Shown piece by piece: positions 57,160 through 64,000 of a DNA stretch of 64,000 nucleotides (position 1 is the first letter of the stretch; every line of letters starts with the position of its first letter). The notes beneath the pieces are model-generated. The model saw only the letters and a program-made list of their open reading frames with translations, did not search any database and was not told the DNA's origin. The stretch is from a virus, in the IMG/VR virus record IMGVR_UViG_3300021964_000018, positions 77,039-141,038 of that record; one strand, given 5' to 3'. Made by a program: the position numbers and the translations under genes.

Positions 57160-59964
57160 TTGAAAATTACTAGAAGACAAATACGAAGGCAGTTAAAAAG
57201 ATATTTGCTAAGAGAAATGAAAGCATATAAAGCTGCCAGAGAAGCATTAATTGCCGGCGGAAACCTAAACCCTACCGAAGATCAAGTAAAAAGATTAGCA
57301 AAAACTTATGAAAATAATGCAATGGCCACTTTACTCAAGCTTAAAGATGCTTATTCTTCTTCACATAACGCTACAAAAATTGCACAAGAAAATGACAACA
57401 AGACTGATTTAATAGCATTTTCAAATTTTTTCAATAGTTTTCAAAGACCTGTTAAAGGCCAATGGAACAGTTCCATTTCACAGGCTTTCACGGATTTAGA
57501 GTTAACTAATCATGAAAAAGGTCAAGGATATGGATTTAAAAAAACCGTTCCAGTAAATGATTTGCAACAGAGTAGTCAATTATCACCTGAGGAAAGAAAC
57601 TATCTTAAAGTTATTGATGCTTCAGGAGTATATCCTGATTCAGATAGGGAATTTGCTCGTTGCGCAATAAATTCAGCTGCAGGAGCAATTTCCTCTGATG
57701 CACAACCAATGCCTGATGAACTAGGATCTAAAATAGAGGTAGGGGTGGCAGCAACGTTAGCTTTTTTAGACCCGACAAAAACTTATTATGCTAGAACTGA
57801 TACAGCACCAGGACAAGATCTTTTTAGGACAGGTGATGATATTACATTTGAATGTAAATTTTCAAAAAGCGAAAAAGGAGATATTAACGATCGATTTGGA
57901 GGATCACAACCAAGTTCTATCAAGTTTAATAAATTTTATGTTTTCTTATCAAGTGATCGATCTTACTTTATTAATTCTTCAATTTTGTCAGGGTTAGGCG
58001 CTGTAGGATCAGACGTCATCCCTAGAAATAGTTCAAGAATTGAAAATCAAAAATATAATTCTAAACTTATGGAGCATTTGTTTAATCAGCAAGAGTTAAA
58101 ACAAAAGTTTATAGAAATATTAGCAGAATTTGCTGAAAAAACAACTGTATATTACAAAGAAGGATCAAGAGTTGTTCGTGCACCAAGAACTGGAAACTTA
58201 GAAGATGCAGAAAGTAATATTAGAAAAGCACTTCGAGACAAAAATAAGACTGGCCTCCCACCTGAGGTTGCTTCCTATACACAAGATTCTTTAATTCCTG
58301 ATCCTCCCACAATAAAAAGATTAGCTGGATTAATCATTAATCAAATTAATGCTAGCAATGAAAAAAATAGATATATTGAGTCATTAAGGTATATGGATAT
58401 GATTAATGATTTATTTATTGAAAGATCAATAACAACTGCAATTTCAGGCCCGGTCACGGCTGGCGGAATAAGAATGCCAGGAATGAAAGAAGAAGCAATA
58501 AATCAGCTCAATGCAGGTGGAACTACAAACCCGACTGATGATCAAATTAATGAAAAAGCAATTGAACTTTACAATGGAGAATGGGATTATTTTTTAAGAG
58601 ATTCTAATTCCGGAAACTTAAAGCCTTATGGAGGTTTAGCCTCTCAGGGAAGTATGGGACTAACTGGAAAATGTTTTATATTATTGATTAACTATTTAAT
58701 ATATGCCTGGAACTTAAAAGACGATCCAATGCTAACAAAACTAGGGCAAGATTTTATTCAAACAGCCATTGAAGGTGCTTCCAAAGCTTATGGAAGACAA
58801 CAGGCAGAAACAAAGTCAGGTAAAAATTATGTAGATAAATTAAAAGAAAGTGAACCTGATGGTTCCGCGATGCTTATTATGAATTTAATAAATAATCCTA
58901 CAACTTTTACTGAAGAGCAAAAAAAGATTTTAATTAATCAATTGTATGGTGACAAAGATAATCCTTACCAAATCTCCGACAATTTTGATTTTGATTCTGG
59001 TACACCGACGCTTATTAGTATAACTGAAAAAATTCAAAATAGTGATTTGGCTATGTCTCAATTATTTATTGAATTTATGAGAAGTGAGTCCGGAAGAAAA
59101 AATATAATTAATGATTTTATCACAGTTGAATCATTCGATTTAGTGTTTTCTGACGTAGTTGATGTAATTCAAAATTATTTTGACGAAAAAATGACTGCTT
59201 TTTCAATGCCTCAAATGTCATCTGATGTTGAACTTAAATCTTCTTACAATGAAAAGTTTTCACAATTACAATCATTAATTAATAACTTAAAGTCTGAATT
59301 TGTCAACTCAACAGATAAATACGGAATGATTATTGATGGATTAAGATTGAAAAATATTGAGCTTACAATTAAATCAAATAAATTTTGGACTGCTTTTGAT
59401 CGAGAAGAAATGTGGGGTGAAGGTTCTGACCCAGATTTTGACGAAAAATTGTTTGAATTATTTTTTAAAAAAACAGCATCATCAGATTCTTTAACTGATA
59501 AAACAACTAGTCAATTATCTGAAATTAGTAATAAAATATTTAATTATTTATCTCCTGACTTAATAGCATTTAGAAAATCTTTGATGGATGCAATATTAGC
59601 GATCGCAGATCAAGAAATTAAAAATATATTACCGCAAGCTAAAACTAAAATTAAACAAAATTTATCTCAAGAAAATTTATATAACATTGAAAATCAATAC
59701 AAATTATCATTAAGTAGCGAAGAATTAAATGCTTATAATTCACTAGATAGAGAGCCACAAATTCTTCAAATGTTAAACGCAGATGTAATTGATGAACGTC
59801 AAGCTAAAGTTTTAAGAAGAACTAAAGATCCCTTAAAAGCATTAAAAAGAGCATTTGAAGAAAACCCATACGAAGATGAATTAAATGCTCCTATCAGAGA
59901 AAATAAAAACAATTTAGCAATTTACAATAAGGTTATTAAAGAATTACTTAAATATTCAAAATAA
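57160..59964 (+). CDS. Large leader-bearing protein with possible PD-(D/E)xK nuclease motif
   Basis: MKITRRQIRRQLKRYLLRE; GQDL...TFECKFS; internal repeat L.AGG..NPT.DQ. Confidence 0.65.
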   Translation: MKITRRQIRRQLKRYLLREMKAYKAAREALIAGGNLNPTEDQVKRLAKTYENNAMATLLKLKDAYSSSHNATKIAQENDNKTDLIAFSNFFNSFQRPVKGQWNSSISQAFTDLELTNHEKGQGYGFKKTVPVNDLQQSSQLSPEERNYLKVIDASGVYPDSDREFARCAINSAAGAISSDAQPMPDELGSKIEVGVAATLAFLDPTKTYYARTDTAPGQDLFRTGDDITFECKFSKSEKGDINDRFGGSQPSSIKFNKFYVFLSSDRSYFINSSILSGLGAVGSDVIPRNSSRIENQKYNSKLMEHLFNQQELKQKFIEILAEFAEKTTVYYKEGSRVVRAPRTGNLEDAESNIRKALRDKNKTGLPPEVASYTQDSLIPDPPTIKRLAGLIINQINASNEKNRYIESLRYMDMINDLFIERSITTAISGPVTAGGIRMPGMKEEAINQLNAGGTTNPTDDQINEKAIELYNGEWDYFLRDSNSGNLKPYGGLASQGSMGLTGKCFILLINYLIYAWNLKDDPMLTKLGQDFIQTAIEGASKAYGRQQAETKSGKNYVDKLKESEPDGSAMLIMNLINNPTTFTEEQKKILINQLYGDKDNPYQISDNFDFDSGTPTLISITEKIQNSDLAMSQLFIEFMRSESGRKNIINDFITVESFDLVFSDVVDVIQNYFDEKMTAFSMPQMSSDVELKSSYNEKFSQLQSLINNLKSEFVNSTDKYGMIIDGLRLKNIELTIKSNKFWTAFDREEMWGEGSDPDFDEKLFELFFKKTASSDSLTDKTTSQLSEISNKIFNYLSPDLIAFRKSLMDAILAIADQEIKNILPQAKTKIKQNLSQENLYNIENQYKLSLSSEELNAYNSLDREPQILQMLNADVIDERQAKVLRRTKDPLKALKRAFEENPYEDELNAPIRENKNNLAIYNKVIKELLKYSK

Positions 59965-59972
59965 TCTATACG

Positions 59973-60000
59973 TGTAAATTAGATACAAATTGTATATAAT
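59973..60000 (+). promoter_or_regulatory. TGTAAA-N16-TATAAT promoter
   Basis: Exact motif and spacing. Confidence 0.7.
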
Positions 60001-60012
60001 AAAATTGTAGTT

Positions 60013-60789
60013 ATGCAAAGGAGTTATATGCAATACCTTACATCAAAACTCACTAAAGAAGTTATTGGACGACTTAAGACTTTTGAAAATGATTTATGTG
60101 AAACTTTTCAAAAATACGGATACGATCTTCGTGATAATTTAGGAAGAAGAAATCAGTTAGTATCACAAGCTCAAGAAAAAGAATTTGCACGGTCTTTAAG
60201 AGAAGTTTATAAAGAGGTTATTGAAGACGGTGCACCTGGTAAACCTGATATCTTTATTGTTGATATTAATAAAGAGCTTGAATGCAAATTATCAAGTGGT
60301 AGTGGTAAATCAAAAACTTTTAGTTTGCAAACTGATTGGGCAACTTTAAAAAATAAAGGTAAACTTGATTATCTTTATATGTTAACTACACCTGATTTTG
60401 AAGGTTTTTGTGTACTTTTATTTAGAGACTTAACAACTGATGATTTTTATCCTCCGGCTAGTGGCTCACGTGGGAAGTCAAGAATGAATAAAGTTAATGC
60501 AATGAAAAAATGTCAAGCGCTTCATGGCCGTATAGTCAATAAAAAACAGCTAATGATTCAAAAATATGGTATCAGAAAAGGAATGACAGAGATTGAAAAA
60601 AATAAAAGAATAGCAATGTTAAGGAAAGAACTAGCTATAACAATAAATAATAAAAAGAAAAAGAAGTTAGTTGAAATGATGGTGAATGAAAGTCGTAGAT
60701 ATCATAATAAAATGTCATATTTTCAAAGAAAAATAAATCTTTGGGAGACTAAAGAAGATTCATTTACTTTTAAGTTTGAAGGAATCTAA
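60013..60789 (+). CDS. PD-(D/E)xK restriction-endonuclease-like protein
   Basis: GKPDIFIVDINKELECKLS; basic coiled C-terminus. Confidence 0.6.
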   Translation: MQRSYMQYLTSKLTKEVIGRLKTFENDLCETFQKYGYDLRDNLGRRNQLVSQAQEKEFARSLREVYKEVIEDGAPGKPDIFIVDINKELECKLSSGSGKSKTFSLQTDWATLKNKGKLDYLYMLTTPDFEGFCVLLFRDLTTDDFYPPASGSRGKSRMNKVNAMKKCQALHGRIVNKKQLMIQKYGIRKGMTEIEKNKRIAMLRKELAITINNKKKKKLVEMMVNESRRYHNKMSYFQRKINLWETKEDSFTFKFEGI

Positions 60790-60790
60790 A

Positions 60791-60955
60791 ATGGAAGATG
60801 TAATTGATTACGAAAGAAAAACACCGTATACAATTGAAACTTTTGAAATTATAAACGGCATTAAATATAAAATAATTCATACAGTTAGAAGAGGTGTTGC
60901 GGATTCTAGAATAGTTAATTATGAATTCATAAAAATTGGAGAAGAAATTGACTGA
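60791..60955 (+). CDS. Small hypothetical protein (54 aa; not in ORF track)
   Basis: MEDVIDYERKTPY...GEEID; fills the gap, SD AAGGA. Confidence 0.45.
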   Translation: MEDVIDYERKTPYTIETFEIINGIKYKIIHTVRRGVADSRIVNYEFIKIGEEID

Positions 60956-61340
60956 TGATCTTATTAAAAAAATGAAAGACTTGTTATCAGGAAGCATAAG
61001 TAATGCAAAAGAAAAAGAATTATCAGATAAAAATGATTTCTTAAAAGATGAAGTTGCACAAAGTATCAATGAAGAATTAGTTAATAATTTTATGAATCAA
61101 ATTATGGATGCAGCATGGGTAGAAGAAGATCTTAAGAAAACTGTGGCACCTTCTTATTTTTTAAAAAAGTCAGATAAAGAATATTGGTTAATGAATACTC
61201 AATTAAAAATTTTAACACCGATTAAAGGCGGAGTGGAATTAATACCGATAGAAGAAGGTACTGATTCGACTACTTGTATGATAGGTTTTAGTACTTATTT
61301 AATTCCTAATAAATTAATTGAATGCCCAGGATGGAATTAA
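60936..61340 (+). CDS. Hypothetical protein
   Basis: ORF track; start uncertain. Confidence 0.6.
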   Translation: MEKKLTDDLIKKMKDLLSGSISNAKEKELSDKNDFLKDEVAQSINEELVNNFMNQIMDAAWVEEDLKKTVAPSYFLKKSDKEYWLMNTQLKILTPIKGGVELIPIEEGTDSTTCMIGFSTYLIPNKLIECPGWN

Positions 61341-61341
61341 G

Positions 61342-61677
61342 ATGACATTTGATCACGTTGCTTTAATTTCCAAAGATATTAAACGTGCAATTGATTGGTA
61401 TGTTAATCGATGGAATGCAGAAATTTTATATCAAGATGAAACATGGGGTCTAATAAAGGTAGGAGAATCAAAAATAGCATTTGTATCTCCACACCAACAT
61501 CCTGCACATATTTGTTTTGAAATAGACGAGAAATTTATATCTGAACAATTACCAGGTGAAACATTTAAAGGACATCGCGACGGTTCTTCTTCTTGTTATA
61601 TTAGGGATCCGGATGGTAATTTTCTAGAATTTTTATTTTGGCCACCAAAGAATGATCAAGAGGAAAAAGATGGATGA
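61342..61677 (+). CDS. VOC/glyoxalase family protein
   Basis: FDHVAL, HICF, YIRDPDGNFLEF. Confidence 0.85.
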   Translation: MTFDHVALISKDIKRAIDWYVNRWNAEILYQDETWGLIKVGESKIAFVSPHQHPAHICFEIDEKFISEQLPGETFKGHRDGSSSCYIRDPDGNFLEFLFWPPKNDQEEKDG

Positions 61678-61894
61678 GTTAAAAGAAATTATAAGGATGC
61701 TGCTAAAAGAAATTGAAGCAAAAGACAATATCTTGAATATTAGCGGAGGTCGAGGCTATGGAACAGGAAAAGCAAGAGTTAAAGACCCATTTCCAGTTTC
61801 TCATGGTCTAGGAAATGAAGAAGGCGAAGATCAAGAAAACTATGAAAAAAAACCAGTAAAAATTAGTAAAGCGTTTAAAAGGAGAAAAGCGTGA
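61670..61894 (+). CDS. Hypothetical protein with leader-like N-terminus (MDELKEIIRMLLKE)
   Basis: SD GAGG before ATG 61670. Confidence 0.6.
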   Translation: MDELKEIIRMLLKEIEAKDNILNISGGRGYGTGKARVKDPFPVSHGLGNEEGEDQENYEKKPVKISKAFKRRKA

Positions 61895-62118
61895 TATCAG
61901 ATTATTCAACTGAACAAAAAATTGTGAAATATGCAAAAAAGAATTCATATACAATTATCGGAGATGTTGGCGGAGCATTAGAATATTTTAAACTTAACAA
62001 TGAAAATAAAAGAGTCTTTTTAAAATGGCCTAAAGGTACACATCATGTTATTTTAACAAAAGATGGCGTTTCTAAAAAAATTGATATTGTAAATTTAGAA
62101 AGAGAAATAAATGAGTAG
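61891..62118 (+). CDS. Hypothetical protein
   Basis: ORF track; SD AAGGAG. Confidence 0.55.
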   Translation: MISDYSTEQKIVKYAKKNSYTIIGDVGGALEYFKLNNENKRVFLKWPKGTHHVILTKDGVSKKIDIVNLEREINE

Positions 62119-62647
62119 TGAGTTTCAGAGTCGCCTAATATACAAACAAGAATCAACAGCAGTTATCAACGAAGAAGAACCGGTATCTGTTTCTAGTACA
62201 ATTTATGCTATTAGATTTCTATATCCTGGAGCACAACAGCATACAACAGGAAGATTAAGAATTACTTGTACTTATCGTGATTCAGATCAATTTGAAGCAC
62301 ACGCTGGGGTGATTGAAAGATGGACTGATAAAGGTTGGATACTTTTAGATGATTATACAGATAGTGTAATTGCTTTTAATTCAGAAGAAGAATTTAGAAA
62401 AAGGATGCTTAATTATGCACATTCTTTTATTTTGGGTATACCATTGTCTATAGTAGATACACATTATAATACTGGTTTTGCATTAGGAGGACCACCTGCT
62501 AAAAAACCATCGCCAAAAAGATATTTTGATGCTGAAAAAAAATCTTTAAATATACCAAAAAGCAATAAAAAAGAAGAAAAAAAAGATATTTATGATAAAA
62601 GTTCATCAAAAAAAGATGATGATGACGATGATTTAGACTGGTTATAG
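62111..62647 (+). CDS. Hypothetical protein with acidic C-terminal tail
   Basis: ORF track; ends DDDDDDLDWL. Confidence 0.65.
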   Translation: MSSEFQSRLIYKQESTAVINEEEPVSVSSTIYAIRFLYPGAQQHTTGRLRITCTYRDSDQFEAHAGVIERWTDKGWILLDDYTDSVIAFNSEEEFRKRMLNYAHSFILGIPLSIVDTHYNTGFALGGPPAKKPSPKRYFDAEKKSLNIPKSNKKEEKKDIYDKSSSKKDDDDDDLDWL

Positions 62648-62656
62648 GAGTTAAAA

Positions 62657-63937
62657 ATGGGCGGACTAGGTGGCCATATGGCGCATCTCCATGAAGATAT
62701 TGATTTAACTTTTGGAGAAATTAAAGATATTTTATCAACTGTTGCATCTGCAAACATCGAAGTAACAGAAAAAGTTGACGGATACAATCTTTTTCTAACT
62801 GTATTACCAACAGGAGAAATTAGAACTTTTCGAAATGCAGGAGATGTTAAACGAGGAGGAATGACACCACAAGAATATGCTGACAAATGGAAAGGACATC
62901 CTGCTGAAGTTGGTTTTATGAGAGGGTTTTCTGCAATTTCTCAAGCAATTAAAAGATTAGGGGCACAAGTTAAGCCTATCTTTAAAGATGGATCCAGATA
63001 CCTTAATATGGAAATCATGCACTATAATTCTGAAACTGGTCGTGATTCTAATATTATAAATTATGGTGCATCTTATGTTGTCCTTCATGGATTTTCTACA
63101 TTTAATGACGAAGACCTAGAAGTTGATGAAGGTTTTGAACAGCTCGTGTCTGCCTTAAACGAAACAGAAGTTGAAATTGATCAAGGACTATGGCAAATTT
63201 ATGGTCCTCAAATCATTCCTTTGATTAATATTGCGAATGGAAAAGCGCATCAAATCTTAAACCAAAAAATTGATCAAGTTGCAGCAAAATATGGAGGTGA
63301 TTCCGGAACTTTATCAGACTATGTTGCAGATAAACTATCAATTAAAATGTCAGAAGCAGGATTAGCTGAAGATGTGATTCAACATATAATACAAAGAGCA
63401 ATCTATACAGGTGACCCAAAGACTTATGAGGGATTATCTGTTAATGACATTAAAAAAATTGATAAAAAAAATGCTGCTATTATTTCATCTTTTGCAACAT
63501 CAACAAACATTAAAAAACAAGTCAGTAATGTATTAAGGCCGATTGAAAGAATTATAAGTGATTTTGCTATTGAAGTCTTAAGGGGGATTGAATCATTTTT
63601 TGCAATTGATCATGACAAGGCAGTTCAAAAAATGAGATTGCAAGTAGAAGATTCAGTTGTTCAAATTAGACAGGCGATTGAATCAGGTGCACCAAACTTA
63701 GGGGAAATGGTCGATCGACAGTTAGAAAAGCTAGGAGACATAGAAAACATTGCTGCATCTTTAGAGGGTATTGTTTTTCGATACAATAACAAAACATATA
63801 AATTGACAGGCGCTTTTGCCATGGTTAATCAAATTATTGGAAGGGCAATGAGATTACCAAAAAAAGAATCTGCGCAAATAACAGAGACTTATTTGCGCAG
63901 ATTAATTAGAAAAGCGTTAATAAAAGTTTTAAGATAG
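62657..63937 (+). CDS. Ligase-like nucleotidyltransferase-fold protein with C-terminal leader-like helix
   Basis: TEKVDG (KxDG), EGIVF, YKL motifs; ends ITETYLRRLIRKAL. Confidence 0.6.
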   Translation: MGGLGGHMAHLHEDIDLTFGEIKDILSTVASANIEVTEKVDGYNLFLTVLPTGEIRTFRNAGDVKRGGMTPQEYADKWKGHPAEVGFMRGFSAISQAIKRLGAQVKPIFKDGSRYLNMEIMHYNSETGRDSNIINYGASYVVLHGFSTFNDEDLEVDEGFEQLVSALNETEVEIDQGLWQIYGPQIIPLINIANGKAHQILNQKIDQVAAKYGGDSGTLSDYVADKLSIKMSEAGLAEDVIQHIIQRAIYTGDPKTYEGLSVNDIKKIDKKNAAIISSFATSTNIKKQVSNVLRPIERIISDFAIEVLRGIESFFAIDHDKAVQKMRLQVEDSVVQIRQAIESGAPNLGEMVDRQLEKLGDIENIAASLEGIVFRYNNKTYKLTGAFAMVNQIIGRAMRLPKKESAQITETYLRRLIRKALIKVLR

Positions 63938-64000
63938 TTTTCTTTCTACTTTTTTTCCTTTAGCTACATTTGCTTTAAACTGAGATTCTAGACGATTAAT
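63929..64000 (-). CDS. Possible 3' end of a convergent minus-strand gene
   Basis: Open frame from the window edge INRLESQFKANVAKGKKVERKLS-stop. Confidence 0.35.
   Translation of the reverse strand: MNRLESQFKANVAKGKKVERKLS

Noticed and set aside
1640-62886. Short nested or antisense ORFs in the track (e.g. 2254, 7960, 8350, 16664, 23940, 28376, 54844, 62590)
   Set aside because: They overlap well-supported genes, lack motifs, and look like shadow frames
1-64000. CRISPR array, rRNA, integrase or transposase
   Set aside because: No regularly spaced repeats and no such motifs found by eye
1-64000. Stop-codon reassignment (alternative genetic code)
   Set aside because: TAA, TAG and TGA all end genes, conserved enzymes are full-length, and coding density is high under code 11; only the sigma split is unusual

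Overview
AT-rich, gene-dense segment with almost all genes on the + strand. It looks like part of a large (jumbo-type) tailed bacteriophage genome: there are no ribosomal-protein or housekeeping operons, Shine-Dalgarno sites are present, and many genes are orphans. It encodes replication and nucleotide enzymes: DnaE, 5'-3' exonuclease, DinG-like helicase, a ThyX variant, a kinase-ThyA fusion, dUTPase, two deaminases, a deoxyribosyltransferase-like protein and a NUDIX hydrolase. It also carries sugar-nucleotide enzymes, GroEL, Hsp20, an SOD-like protein, a complete tmRNA, a two-component system and tail-fibre-like genes. A CglF/GltF gliding-motility homolog and a vWA lipoprotein suggest a Myxococcota/Bdellovibrionota-like host (inference). 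Most notable: (1) at least 13 mostly unrelated proteins share an N-terminal MK[IL][TNK][RKN]xxL[RK]xLIxE-type leader, a candidate capsid-packaging or cleavage tag for injected effectors. (2) The sigma-70 has its region 4.2 HTH in a separate in-frame gene, alongside a non-canonical TGTAAA-N16-TATAAT promoter family. (3) Hairpins hide ribosome-binding sites and carry a putative late-promoter motif at their loop; one is duplicated as a 33-bp direct repeat flanking a gene. (4) Two atypical thymidylate-synthase-family enzymes suggest pyrimidine hypermodification. All assignments come from motifs recognised by eye; no searches were run.
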